A model generated the notes under the pieces. It was not told the origin of the DNA. It made no database searches and saw nothing but the letters and a program-made list of their open reading frames with translations. Positions 51,927 through 61,747 of a stretch of 64,000 bases of DNA are shown here, in pieces; the first letter of the stretch is position 1, and each line of letters starts with the position of its first letter. The position numbers were made by a program, and so were the translations under genes. Source of the DNA: Pirellulales bacterium (lineage in GTDB: Bacteria; Planctomycetota; Planctomycetia; Pirellulales; Thermoguttaceae); contig JAFGIR010000016.1 of NCBI GenBank assembly GCA_016929515.1, positions 26,390-90,389 of the forward strand. Reading direction: 5' to 3'.

Positions 51927-53327
51927 TCACATATTCGTTACCTCGTCGGCGTCGCCCGACGTGAGCAATCGGTCCATGGCGCCGGCCAACTCGCGGTCGT
52001 GACGGTTGTCGCGTGCATAGATGCGGCAGATGCGGCAACTGACGGGCAACTGGCGGAACAAGGCTCGGTCGTCCAGGCTGCGAATCTGGTCGCTCGCCGA
52101 ATCGTAAAGGAAATTCTGGCCGGCCGCCGGCGTGCTCGAACCGGGCCGGTGAACGTGCCGCGCCGTGTCGACGCGCAGCGGCATGTCGCGCAACGGTTTC
52201 GGCAAATGGCCGCGCACCGCCGCTTCGAAAACCTCCGGGCCGCTGAAGACGCTGCTTTGCTCCGGCTGGTCGGGCTGAAAGAAGATCGTCCGCTCGCAGG
52301 CCATTTTCCACTGCACCTCGCGCCGCAGCAGACGTTGCCACCGCCGGCCCAACTCGCACAACACGGGATCGTCGCCTCGCGCCCAATCGCCCACCCGAAC
52401 CAGAATCGACCACTCGGTCAATCGCGAGTACTCCTCCAAGTGGTCCAACGGATTGCCGGGGAACAGATGGGACTTACTGTCGGTGAACAGTTCTTCAAGA
52501 TCCAAGTCGATCGCTCGAACCGTGCGGTGAAAGTAGATCGCCTGGAACAACTCGCCGCGAACCGCGAGAAACCGGACCAGCGCGGCCAGGCCCCGGTCGT
52601 GGATCGTCAGTCCGGCCTGGGTAAACGTGCTGTAACGCAGCAGGCGCTGCAGGTCGAACGATCGAGCGCTGTAGCCCGACATGTAGGCGTCGCGCAACAC
52701 GAAATCCATGTTGTCGATCGTGTAGAGGCCGCTGAACAGGCATCGCAACAGACGTAGCCAGTCGGGAATCGACTCGCCCGAGTTGGCCTTGGGACGCGTG
52801 ATGAGAATGACGATCTGCTCGGGGTCGAGCGTTTCGCCGTCTTCCATCGCCGCGCACGGACTCCGCCGGATGCCGCGGAGCAACGCGCCCAACTCGCGGC
52901 AGATGATCTGGCCGCCGAGCACCTCGTGATTCAGCCCATAGTCTTGGAGAAAATGAGCGTCGAAAAAGTGGCCGAACGGTCCATGGCCCACGTCGTGCAA
53001 GAGTCCGGCCATTCGCAGCAACGATTCGACGTAACCCCGGCTGGGCACGTCGGGGCAGACTTCGCGCAGACTGCCGTAGAGCGACTCGGCCGCGCGGCTG
53101 GCCAAATGCATCGCGCCGAGCACGTGCTGGAATCGCGTGTGCTCGGCCGCCGGAAAAACCCACCACGCCGTCTGGAGTTGATGAATCTGGCGGAGCCGTT
53201 GCAGCCACGGGTGATCGATGATCTGTTGTTCGGCAACCTCGCCCTCCGGCACACCCCCGGTCGAGGTAAAGGGAATGTACCCGTGGATCGGATCGTTGAT
53301 CAGGCTTTCACGTTGGAACGGATTCAT
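51927..53327 (-). CDS. HD-domain phosphohydrolase (dNTP-triphosphohydrolase/SAMHD1-like, COG1078-type)
   Basis: It has INDPIHGYIPF, HTRFQHVLGAMHLA and LLHDVGHGPFGHFFD. The start is taken at ATG 53327 (MNPFQRES); the ORF is open to 53654. Confidence 0.85.
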   Translation of the reverse strand: MNPFQRESLINDPIHGYIPFTSTGGVPEGEVAEQQIIDHPWLQRLRQIHQLQTAWWVFPAAEHTRFQHVLGAMHLASRAAESLYGSLREVCPDVPSRGYVESLLRMAGLLHDVGHGPFGHFFDAHFLQDYGLNHEVLGGQIICRELGALLRGIRRSPCAAMEDGETLDPEQIVILITRPKANSGESIPDWLRLLRCLFSGLYTIDNMDFVLRDAYMSGYSARSFDLQRLLRYSTFTQAGLTIHDRGLAALVRFLAVRGELFQAIYFHRTVRAIDLDLEELFTDSKSHLFPGNPLDHLEEYSRLTEWSILVRVGDWARGDDPVLCELGRRWQRLLRREVQWKMACERTIFFQPDQPEQSSVFSGPEVFEAAVRGHLPKPLRDMPLRVDTARHVHRPGSSTPAAGQNFLYDSASDQIRSLDDRALFRQLPVSCRICRIYARDNRHDRELAGAMDRLLTSGDADEVTNM

Positions 53328-53991
53328 AAGGCAGATTATGACCGGCCGCGAAGCGTGCGTCCAGCAGGCGGTTGATCCGACGAGAATGTCGGCCGGCCGT
53401 CGGCACGGACTTCGCCGGGACCAAAAAGATCGTGACTGCATGAGCGAATAGACAAACAAAGCAAGAGATGTGCGAATGAAAGCATGGGCAAGATGAGGCG
53501 TCTGGGGGTGCATGTTTGCGGTTTGTTTGCCGACCAACGACATGGCCAGGCTCGATACACCGATCGTTGGTGGTAGAGCCACGCCTCCGGCAGCGGTGTA
53601 GGCAGGCGTCGCGTGGGCCGTTTTGGCCCGAACGATCTGGTATCGATTCGCCACTCCGACTAAACTGCGTTAGCTGTTCTATTTTGAACAAGCCCCCAAC
53701 CGTCTTGCTGAGGTTTGCATGTTGGTCCGCAGTGGGCGGTTGCCGATTGCTCTGAAGTGGAGCTTCGGTCACTTGCCTTTCGATCGTACGAGATGCGAGG
53801 GGCGAAAGTACAATCACAACGACCCGAAAGTGGCGCGACGGCCAACGGATTGGCGAATCACCACCGTCGTCACCGACTAGCCATTTTCCCCTTGCGCGAG
53901 GTTTTCTTGCGTCTTTTGGCCGACCGGCTCTCTCGGCTCGGCCACGAGACGTGTATTCTCGAAGCCATACGGCATTCCCAGGAGATCTATT

Positions 53992-55953
53992 GTGCCCCGA
54001 TTCCTTTCCCGTCTATTGCTCGTTTTCGCCATCGTGTTGGTTTTCGGCCCCCCGGTTCGTGCTGGGCAATCCGGTTTCGGTGAACGTCTTCTGCCGAAGA
54101 GCACCAAGGGCGTTTTCTTGGTGACCAACGTCGAATATCTCACCAGCCAATGGGAACAAACGCAGTTGGGCCAATTGATGAACGACCCCGCCATGGAGCC
54201 GTTCGCCAAGGACCTTCGGCGACAATTTCAGGATCGGTTTTCTCGGCTCCGCGAGCGGCTCGGGCTGAAACTCGACGATCTCCGTGGGGTACCCAGCGGC
54301 GAGATGGACGTGGCGATGATCCAGCCCGCCAAGGAACAGGCCGCCGTTGCCTTGCTGGTGGACGTGGCGGGCCATCTGCCCCAGGCCAAGGAACTGCTCG
54401 GCAAGGTATCGGCGAATCTCATCGCGCAGGGCGCGAAGCGAAGCGAAGACTCGGTCGGCAGCTTGATGCTCATCGTGTTCGACGTGCCGGAGAGTCGCGA
54501 CTATCCGGCCGGCCAGGTGGCCTACTTCCTCTGCGAGGAAGACAGCCTGTTGGGAGCCGCCGACAACATGGAAGTGATGAAGGGCATTATCAGGCGGAAG
54601 ATGGGTCAAGGCACGCCCGGCGATTCGTTGGGCGACGTGCCGTCCTTCAAACACGTGATGGGCCGGTGCCAGAAACACACCGGCGAAACCAAACCTCAGA
54701 TTCGCTGGTTCATCGACCCGCTGAGCTATATCGAGTGCGTCCGCACCGTCACGCCCGAGAGCAAACGCCGCCAGGGCGTCACCGTGCTCGACGTGTTCCG
54801 CGACCAGGGTTTCTGCGCGATTCAAGGAATCGGCGGATACATCGATTTCAAGGTGGGGCAGTACGAGATTCTCCATCGCACGTCGGTCTACGCCCCGGGC
54901 CCCTACGTCAAGGCGCCCGAGCCGTACAAGGACAAAGTCTCGATGGACATGCTTACCTTCCCGAACAGCGCCAACTACGCGCTGCCGTCGTTCATCCCCA
55001 ACGACGTGGCCACGTGCACCATGTTCCACTGGGACATTCTCAAGGCGTTCGACAATTTCGGGCCGACATTCGACGAGCTGTTCGGCGAGGGCGAGACAGG
55101 CATCTGGGACGACGTGCTCGAAAGCTTGAAGGAGGACGAGGACGGCCCGCAAATCGACCTCCGCAAGGAACTGATTCAGCACCTCGACCATCGCGTCACG
55201 GTCATCAGCGACTACGTGTTGCCGATTACGACGAAGAGCGAGCGGCTGCTGTTTGCCATAAGGATCAAGCCGGACAAGGTTCAAGACGTCGCCGACGGCG
55301 TCAAGAAGATGCTCAAGGACGATCCGACGATCCGGCGCCGTGTGCTCGGGAATCTCGAGATTTGGGAAACGGTCGAGCAAGAACAAATGAAGCTGCCCGA
55401 CGCCCCGACGATCGACCTGCCCAACCTGGCGCCCAAGAAGAAGGAAACGGTGATCAAGCGGGAACGGCGATTCCGGGGTGAAGCGGAAGACGAGGAGGAA
55501 TTGCTGTTGCCCCACGCCGCGGTTACCGTGGCCAATGGCCACCTGTTGATCGCGTCGCACTACGATTTCCTGGTCGACATTTTGGAGCGGGCCAAGAAGT
55601 CGGACCTGCTGGCCGACAGCCCCGACTACAAGACGGTCGACTCGGCCATGCGGAATCTGGGTGCCCGGCAAGATTGTCTGCGAGCCTTCTCGCGAACCGA
55701 CGAGGAGTATCGGCCGACCTATGAACTGATCCGCATGGGCAAGATGCCCGAGGCCGAAACCATGTTTGGCCGGATGCTCAATTCGCTCTTCGGGCCGCAC
55801 AAGAAAGGCTTTGTCCGCAAGCAGCAAGTCGACGGAAGCGAGATGCCCGACTACGACCTCGTGCGTGGCTACCTGGGCCCCGCCGGCACGTTCGGCAAGA
55901 CCGAGGAAGACGGTTGGTTCGTCGTCGGGTTCATGCTGAAGAAGGGCGAATGA
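53992..55953 (+). CDS. hypothetical secreted protein (653 aa)
   Basis: The GTG start lies 6 nt after AGGAGA. The signal peptide is VPRFLSRLLLVFAIVLVFGPPVRAGQ. Its composition is protein-like, unlike the antisense 791-aa ORF. Confidence 0.75.
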   Translation: MPRFLSRLLLVFAIVLVFGPPVRAGQSGFGERLLPKSTKGVFLVTNVEYLTSQWEQTQLGQLMNDPAMEPFAKDLRRQFQDRFSRLRERLGLKLDDLRGVPSGEMDVAMIQPAKEQAAVALLVDVAGHLPQAKELLGKVSANLIAQGAKRSEDSVGSLMLIVFDVPESRDYPAGQVAYFLCEEDSLLGAADNMEVMKGIIRRKMGQGTPGDSLGDVPSFKHVMGRCQKHTGETKPQIRWFIDPLSYIECVRTVTPESKRRQGVTVLDVFRDQGFCAIQGIGGYIDFKVGQYEILHRTSVYAPGPYVKAPEPYKDKVSMDMLTFPNSANYALPSFIPNDVATCTMFHWDILKAFDNFGPTFDELFGEGETGIWDDVLESLKEDEDGPQIDLRKELIQHLDHRVTVISDYVLPITTKSERLLFAIRIKPDKVQDVADGVKKMLKDDPTIRRRVLGNLEIWETVEQEQMKLPDAPTIDLPNLAPKKKETVIKRERRFRGEAEDEEELLLPHAAVTVANGHLLIASHYDFLVDILERAKKSDLLADSPDYKTVDSAMRNLGARQDCLRAFSRTDEEYRPTYELIRMGKMPEAETMFGRMLNSLFGPHKKGFVRKQQVDGSEMPDYDLVRGYLGPAGTFGKTEEDGWFVVGFMLKKGE

Positions 55954-55971
55954 GGGATCGCGGCTTTCGGC

Positions 55972-56304
55972 GTGGAAGATTGGCGTCGAGGAACCGTGGA
56001 TAACGGTGTCTCCCTTCCCCTCGGAACTTCTGAAATGGGGTTGCTCGACAAAACCAACCCGAAAGCCACGCCGTGGAGCGTTCTGCGACACGCGGCGATC
56101 ACGGGCGCCGCCGGTGCCGTGATTTACGTGGTCGGCTGGTGGCTCAAAGGGGCGTTTCGCGAACACTGGCCGGTTGAATTGGCGATCTGGAGCGGTCTGT
56201 GCGCGCTGGTCGGGGCCGTTTGGGAGTGGCAGGTTCCCGACAAGAACGACCCCGACGACGTCGACCAAGACGATCGGCCCCCTGGTGGTCTGTCGCTCAA
56301 ATAA
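55972..56304 (+). CDS. possible small membrane protein
   Basis: It has two hydrophobic segments (AAITGAAGAVIYVVGWWL and LAIWSGLCALVGAVW) and an acidic tail. The start is uncertain; ATG 56035 is an alternative. Confidence 0.45.
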   Translation: MEDWRRGTVDNGVSLPLGTSEMGLLDKTNPKATPWSVLRHAAITGAAGAVIYVVGWWLKGAFREHWPVELAIWSGLCALVGAVWEWQVPDKNDPDDVDQDDRPPGGLSLK

Positions 56305-56305
56305 T

Positions 56306-57238
56306 TCAGCGCGCCACGGGCATCTTGCCCGTGTGGGCACTGCCGCACGCACGAACCAGCGAGCCGAACAAGGCCTGGCGGTGCGCACGGTCCATCTGCT
56401 CCGGATGCCATTGGACGAAGACGGCCCAGCGGTGGTCGGGTATTTCCAGGGCTTCGATCACTCCGTCGTCGCTGTGTGCGGCGGCACGAATGCCTCGGCC
56501 GAGACGCCTGGCCGCCTGATGATGCGACGAGACGACCGTGAGCTGATCGACTCCGAGAATCTCGCGTAGCCGGCTGTCGGCCGCAAGCGTCACGCGATGG
56601 GTTATTGGTTCTTTTTCGACGGCTTTCTTTTTTCCGTCGCTCTCGGCACGGGTTTTTTTCTTCTCCGAGTCTTTCTTGTCGGGCGGATGGGCGTGGACGA
56701 CCGAACGGCCCACCTCGCCGGGAACGTCCTGCACGAGCGAGCCGCCTTGGACCACGTTGACCATCTGCGCCCCGAGACACACGCCCAACAGCGGCTTGCC
56801 TGAGTCGAGCCACTGGTCGATCAGTTTCGGTTCGAAATTCCACCGGGCCTCGGTCATGAGTTTGACCGTCGCGTGCGGTTCCTCGCCATAGGCCGACGGC
56901 GGAACGTCGCCGCCGCCGGTCAACACGAGACCATCGAGCCGCCGAACGAATTCCGCGCGAAGCGCATCATCGTCGACCGCCGGCACGATCACAGGCGCGC
57001 CGCCCGCCTCGTAGACGGCCCTGGCATAGGCCAAAGGAACGGTGACCGATCGCTTCCTGACCGTCGAGGTGATTCCGATCAGAGGCCGGGCGCCGGAGCG
57101 GGCTGCCACGGGCGGCTCGGCCGAAGGAGCCGTGCAAGCCGCCGCCGCGAGCGCCATGAGCAAAACGGCAAGGCGACCACGGGCCGCTCGTGTACGTTTC
57201 TCGCGTTGTCTCTTCACAAGATTCCCTTGTATGGTCAA
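56306..57238 (-). CDS. class-I glutamine amidotransferase / peptidase C26 (gamma-glutamyl hydrolase-like), predicted lipoprotein
   Basis: It has LLGVCLGAQMVNVVQGG (nucleophile Cys) and VSSHHQA. The N-terminal segment LAVLLMALAAAAC is lipobox-like. Confidence 0.8.
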   Translation of the reverse strand: MTIQGNLVKRQREKRTRAARGRLAVLLMALAAAACTAPSAEPPVAARSGARPLIGITSTVRKRSVTVPLAYARAVYEAGGAPVIVPAVDDDALRAEFVRRLDGLVLTGGGDVPPSAYGEEPHATVKLMTEARWNFEPKLIDQWLDSGKPLLGVCLGAQMVNVVQGGSLVQDVPGEVGRSVVHAHPPDKKDSEKKKTRAESDGKKKAVEKEPITHRVTLAADSRLREILGVDQLTVVSSHHQAARRLGRGIRAAAHSDDGVIEALEIPDHRWAVFVQWHPEQMDRAHRQALFGSLVRACGSAHTGKMPVAR

Positions 57239-57245
57239 GGGTTGC

Positions 57246-57267
57246 GGTGGGCGATGCCCACCCTACG
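57246..57267. repeat. 'GGTGGGCGATGCCCACCCTACG' palindromic repeat
   Basis: It is identical to 43093-43114. It sits between the prmC stop and the amidotransferase start. Confidence 0.75.
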
Positions 57268-58249
57268 GCTTTGCCTGCTCAGAATGACGGTTCTGAGATG
57301 TCTTTTCACGTTTCTTAGCTTGAACGATCCGCGGCAGTCGTGCAAGGTCTTTGGTGGTCACAGGCGAGCCGAAATTCGGGTCGGCTTCGATCAGTGTGCA
57401 GACCGCTTCGTGGATCATCGGGCCGATTTCCAACAGAAGATGCCCGGCCGGTTTGAGATAGGCCGCGGCCTGGGGCAAGAGCCGCTCGATCACCTCGGTA
57501 CCGCGTTGGCCGGCGACCAGCGCGGCGCGCGGCTCGTGCTCGCGGACTTCGGGCACCAATTCGGCCCATTCCGACTCTTTCACGTAGGGCGGGTTGCTCA
57601 CCACAAGATCGAACCGCAACTCGGCCGGCAGCGCGTCGAGCAGGTCGCTTTCCACGAATCGGATTCGCTCGGCCACGCCGTGCCGCTGGGCGTTTGCCTG
57701 GGCGACACCCAACGCCGCCGCGCTCAGGTCGACGGCCGTCACGCGAGCGCGCGGCAGATGTTTTGCCAGGCAAACGGCGATCGCGCCGCTGCCGGTGCCC
57801 ACGTCGCAAATCGTCACCGGCCCGCCGTCGCCGTATTCCCTCGCCCGATCCAACGCGGCGACGACCAGCAGTTCGGTCTCGGGCCGGGGAATGAGCACCT
57901 CGGGCGTGACGCGAAACGAGAGCGAGTAGAACTCGCGACGGCCGACCAGATAGGCCACCGGCACATGTTTCGCCCGGCGCTGGATCAACTCGCGAAACAG
58001 ACTCCGGGGCGCGTCGTCGGGCACGTCGTCGAAACGCGTGTACAGATCGATCCGCTGGCACCCAAGCGCCTCGGCCAGAAGCACCTCGGCGTCCAGCCGA
58101 GGGCTGTCCGCCCCGCGCGAGGCAAGATAGTCTTGCGTCCACGCAAGCAATCGGCCGACGGTCCATGTTTCGGTATCGGGCACGACAGAAGTATCAAGTG
58201 TGAAGTATAGAGTGTGAAATCCCCACCTACTCGATGGTGCCGAACGCAT
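57263..58249 (-). CDS. prmC: release-factor glutamine N5-methyltransferase PrmC (HemK)
   Basis: It has the SAM motif [12 protein letters not shown] and the catalytic VVSNPPYV. It follows prfA; the exact start is uncertain, and the ORF overlaps the prfA end by 23 nt. Confidence 0.85.
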   Translation of the reverse strand: MRSAPSSRWGFHTLYFTLDTSVVPDTETWTVGRLLAWTQDYLASRGADSPRLDAEVLLAEALGCQRIDLYTRFDDVPDDAPRSLFRELIQRRAKHVPVAYLVGRREFYSLSFRVTPEVLIPRPETELLVVAALDRAREYGDGGPVTICDVGTGSGAIAVCLAKHLPRARVTAVDLSAAALGVAQANAQRHGVAERIRFVESDLLDALPAELRFDLVVSNPPYVKESEWAELVPEVREHEPRAALVAGQRGTEVIERLLPQAAAYLKPAGHLLLEIGPMIHEAVCTLIEADPNFGSPVTTKDLARLPRIVQAKKREKTSQNRHSEQAKP

Positions 58250-59300
58250 CGCGGAGCGCTTGGCGTTCGTACTCCAACAGTCCTTCGATCACCGGATCGA
58301 CTCCACCGGCCAGGATGCTGTCGAGCTTGTAGAGCGTCAGGTTGATGCGATGGTCGGTCAGCCGATTCTCGGGGAAGTTGTACGTCCGGATTCGTTGGCT
58401 CCGGTCGCCCGAGCCGATCTTGGTCTTGCGTTCGTCGGAGCGTTTGGCGTCGGCTTCTTGCTGCTTGTGTTCATAGAGGCGAGTTTTCAAGACGCGAAGC
58501 GCCTTGGCCAGGTTCTTGTGTTGACTTTTTTCGTCCTGGCACGAGACGACAATGCCCGATTCGTAATGGGTGAGCCGAATCGCCGAGGCCGTTTTGTTGA
58601 CGTGCTGTCCGCCGGGTCCGCTGGCGTGGAAGATGTCTTTTCGATAGTCGTCCGGTTTGATGTTGACTTCGACGTCCTCGGGCTCGGCCATCACCGCCAC
58701 GGTGGCCGCCGACGTGTGGATTCGGCCCTTGGCTTCGGTCTCGGGCACGCGTTGGACCCGATGGCCGCCGCTTTCGTACTGCAGATGGCGATAAACGCCC
58801 TCGCCTTCGAGGCCCAGCGAGATTTCCTTGAACCCACCCAACTCGGTCGGATTCATGCCCAGGATTTCGACCTTCCAGTGCTTCTGCTCCGCGTAGTGTT
58901 TGTACATCTCGTACAAGTCGCGAGCGAACAGGGCCGCCTCCTCGCCGCCCGTGCCCGCGCGAATCTCCATCACGCATCGCGAACGGTTGGCGTCCTCGCC
59001 GCCGATGGTCAGGTCCAACAGTTCGTTCCAGTAGCCTTCTCGCTCGCTTTTCAACTCGGGCAGTTCCGCTTCGGCCAGTTCGCGCATCTCGGCGTCGGGG
59101 TTCTTGGCGAGCTCGCGAGCTTCGTTGATTTCGGCGTTGAGCTCTTTGAAGCGGCGATATTTCATGGCCAATTTGGCCAACGAGCCGTGTTCGCGCGCCA
59201 CGGCCGACAGACGCGCCGAATTGGCCAACACGTCCGGGTCGACCAACAGCTTCTCCAACTCTTCGAAACGTCGGAGTTTCTGCTCCAGCAGATCGCGCAT
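58227..59300 (-). CDS. prfA: peptide chain release factor 1
   Basis: It has the GGQHVN motif ([11 protein letters not shown]) and the PET tripeptide (RVPETE), which is the RF1 type. Confidence 0.95.
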   Translation of the reverse strand: MRDLLEQKLRRFEELEKLLVDPDVLANSARLSAVAREHGSLAKLAMKYRRFKELNAEINEARELAKNPDAEMRELAEAELPELKSEREGYWNELLDLTIGGEDANRSRCVMEIRAGTGGEEAALFARDLYEMYKHYAEQKHWKVEILGMNPTELGGFKEISLGLEGEGVYRHLQYESGGHRVQRVPETEAKGRIHTSAATVAVMAEPEDVEVNIKPDDYRKDIFHASGPGGQHVNKTASAIRLTHYESGIVVSCQDEKSQHKNLAKALRVLKTRLYEHKQQEADAKRSDERKTKIGSGDRSQRIRTYNFPENRLTDHRINLTLYKLDSILAGGVDPVIEGLLEYERQALRDAFGTIE

Positions 59301-59372
59301 AAATTCACGCTTGGGTGAAAACCATCACCAATCGGCAGGGATAAGAAAACGAAGTCCAAGCAAGGACGCGCT

Positions 59373-59642
59373 CTACAGCTCGTCGTCGTCGACCGGTGCC
59401 GGTCTGACCGGTTTCTTCTTCTTTGGCTTCAGGCTGGCGTAACCGCCGCCGCCGAATTTCTTGTTGAACTTTTCGATCCGGCCCGCCGTGTCGACGTACT
59501 TGAGTTTGCCCGTATAAAACGGATGACACACGTTGCAGATATCGACCTTGAGTTCGGCCTGGGTGCTTCGGGTCGTAAAGGTGTTGCCGCAACCGCAGGT
59601 GACTTTGGTCTCGACGTACTTGGGATGGATGCCGTCTTTCAT
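59373..59642 (-). CDS. rpmE: 50S ribosomal protein L31 (Zn-ribbon type) with Lys/Pro-rich tail
   Basis: The sequence is [46 protein letters not shown]. The start is taken at ATG 59642. Confidence 0.9.
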   Translation of the reverse strand: MKDGIHPKYVETKVTCGCGNTFTTRSTQAELKVDICNVCHPFYTGKLKYVDTAGRIEKFNKKFGGGGYASLKPKKKKPVRPAPVDDDEL

Positions 59643-59859
59643 GGTTTCACCGTGTCGTGCTTCAGCCGTGAAAGCGACCCGCGTTGCGTCAGACAACCGT
59701 CCGCCTGGCTCGGTCCGGTGCCATCGCTTCCACTAGATATTCAGAATCTCATAGTTTACCGCCCACGACACGGCTCGACAAGGGCATCGCCGTCCGGGGG
59801 AAGCTAATGCCCCCCGTTAGGCTAATGCAAGCTCGCCGCTGCCGAGTGGCCATTCCAGT

Positions 59860-61155
59860 CTACCGCAACACGGCCGAGTCCTTGCGATAGGGAATCGGCT
59901 TGGGATCCATCATCGCGACCAGCCGGTCCTTGATCGCAAACGCACAGAAATGATTCCCTCTCGGGTTGTAGTGCCCGACGAAGTATTGTCTGAGGTATTC
60001 CTTCACGTCGATCTTGTACTTCTCGAAATCCTTCAAATGGGCGTCGATCATGTCGACCACGGGCAGGTTCTTCCGTTTAAGGAAGTCGACAAAGGGCTGG
60101 TCCCAACGTGAGCCCTCCTTGATTCTTCTCGCGATGGACGTGGGCGGATAGGAGAGCACATAGAGGACCTTCTTGCCATGAGCACGCGCGTAGGCCTCGA
60201 TCTTCTCCACGATCTTCCGCGTTGAAAACAACGCTGCTTGATTGTGTATTCCATGAGCGGTCTGCGAAAGATGCTCGTTGGTTTCAATCGACGTTTCAAT
60301 GCCATGGGTCGACGCCAGTGCCATGACGTCCCGGTAACTCTGAAACGGATTTCTGGTCTTCGCGTTGTTGTGCGCCAGGATGATCTTCAACACGAAATCG
60401 TCCTTGAAGAGCTCATGGGTCTTCTCCAGGTCGCACAGGTCGTAGAGCGATTCCGGTGTGGGGCACGGGTTGGGCCGTTCCTCGAACGCATCCCGTGCCA
60501 AGTTCACGCGCACGTGCGGCAACGTCGGCTCAATGAACCGCACGTGCTTTCCCCTGCGAATATTCCGCCACGAATCCAGATTTCTGCGATGATCGTCGTC
60601 GTAGATATTGAAGATGATGACCTTGGCCGGCTTTCTCTGTTCTTCTTTGAGCATCCGCAGATAGGCCTGATAAACCGACCACCCACCGATCCCGAAATTG
60701 CGCACCGGCTCCTGGAGATGCGCCGCCAGTTGCTCTTGCCACGTTTCGTGGTCACTGACCTGATGACACTGGGTGAAACTGTTGCCGTACGTGTTGATTC
60801 GGCAAGGTTGATCCGCGTAGTTGCCCAACGTTCGCTCTCCGTCCGGCTGGACGTAGGTGTAGACACAAACGCTCTTGTCAACGCCGTCGCGGAACCTCGC
60901 GTTGGGAAGCAACCATCCGAAGTCGCTGTGGTACTTGGCGAACGGAAATGCCTTGCCTGCAAGCCATCGCTCGACCTCTTCGCGAGTATACAGCCGTGAT
61001 TCAAGAAATTCGCGTGCCGTAAGTTGTCGCCTTCGGTGCTTGCCAGCCCCGGCGAGAACGGCTGCGGGAAAGCATGAAGCCACACCGACACCAAAAGCCG
61101 ATTGCGTGGCCGCTTCGAGAAATCGTCTTCGATTCATGTTGATCGCAATGCCCAT
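59860..61155 (-). CDS. Tat-signal protein, SGNH/GDSL-hydrolase-like
   Basis: The N-terminus is MNRRRFLEAATQSAFGVGVASCFPAAVLAGAG. The block INTYGNSFTQC resembles SGNH block I (GDS) and contains Ser. The family assignment is tentative. Confidence 0.65.
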   Translation of the reverse strand: MGIAINMNRRRFLEAATQSAFGVGVASCFPAAVLAGAGKHRRRQLTAREFLESRLYTREEVERWLAGKAFPFAKYHSDFGWLLPNARFRDGVDKSVCVYTYVQPDGERTLGNYADQPCRINTYGNSFTQCHQVSDHETWQEQLAAHLQEPVRNFGIGGWSVYQAYLRMLKEEQRKPAKVIIFNIYDDDHRRNLDSWRNIRRGKHVRFIEPTLPHVRVNLARDAFEERPNPCPTPESLYDLCDLEKTHELFKDDFVLKIILAHNNAKTRNPFQSYRDVMALASTHGIETSIETNEHLSQTAHGIHNQAALFSTRKIVEKIEAYARAHGKKVLYVLSYPPTSIARRIKEGSRWDQPFVDFLKRKNLPVVDMIDAHLKDFEKYKIDVKEYLRQYFVGHYNPRGNHFCAFAIKDRLVAMMDPKPIPYRKDSAVLR

Positions 61156-61477
61156 TCTTGCTGACCCCGCGATTGGAAGAAATCGCCAACACGGCCGAAA
61201 GTCCTTCGACGGTCATCCATTCTAATCGTGGCAGGCCATGACTGCAAGTTTCATTGATGATTGCATATTCACCGAACGGCCAGCCGCGGCCCAACTGCTT
61301 GAAACCGGGCTCCCGTTGGTCGCCCTCCGTTCATTCAATATGCAAGGGCCAATAAGTGTTACGACCAGTTGCTGCCGTCGCTCGCGCGGTTGCGCGAGTT
61401 CGGATACCGACGGCCTTACCACGGTCACGCGGCAGCCACACGACTTCGATCCAGGCGAGCCGAACGCCGGCCAATGA

Positions 61478-61744
61478 CTATCGCGTCACGGACAAACGAA
61501 ACAACAAGTCGCCTGTGGGATTCCTCGTTCCGAGGCCCCACTCCGTGCGTGCCCGATCGTCCTTGCCGTCGAGTCCGACCGAGTAGACCACCGGTTGCCC
61601 GTCGACGGTCGTCATCCGCATCGGCCGATCGGAGTAGGGGTCCGTGGGGATTTCCGACAAGACCGAAGCCTGGAACACCGAACCGGCAGCAAGTCGCATA
61701 AACGGGTCTCTGGCCAGCACGACCGGAACAAAAATCGGACGCAC
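61478..61744 (-). CDS. short ORF encoding only a 'DPx..P....YSVGxDGxDD' C-terminal-type domain (possible gene remnant)
   Basis: PTDPYSDRPMRMTTVDGQPVVYSVGLDGKDDRA resembles the C-terminal motif of the 432-aa protein at 20654-21952. There is no room for an N-terminal part, because the lepA stop is at 61748. Confidence 0.3.
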   Translation of the reverse strand: MRPIFVPVVLARDPFMRLAAGSVFQASVLSEIPTDPYSDRPMRMTTVDGQPVVYSVGLDGKDDRARTEWGLGTRNPTGDLLFRLSVTR

Positions 61745-61747
61745 TCG

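Noticed and set aside
51496-52413. 305-aa minus-strand ORF starting right after purB.
   Set aside because: It runs through the palindromic repeat pair and then overlaps the HD gene in another frame. Its composition is Arg-rich, so it is not credible.
54013-56388. 791-aa minus-strand ORF, the longest in the window.
   Set aside because: It is antisense to the 653-aa secreted-protein gene, which has an SD-spaced start and a signal peptide. It is Arg/His/Val/Gly-rich with no recognisable domain, so I treat it as a shadow ORF.
56873-58210. 445-aa plus-strand ORF opposite prmC. The same reasoning applies to 58260-59318 opposite prfA, 19408-20310 opposite the aminotransferase, 23263-24132 opposite the sulfotransferase and 51771-52757 opposite the HD gene.
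   Set aside because: In every case the partner strand carries diagnostic motifs (NPPY, GGQ, the PLP-Lys block, the PSB loop, HD). These are GC-driven antisense ORFs.
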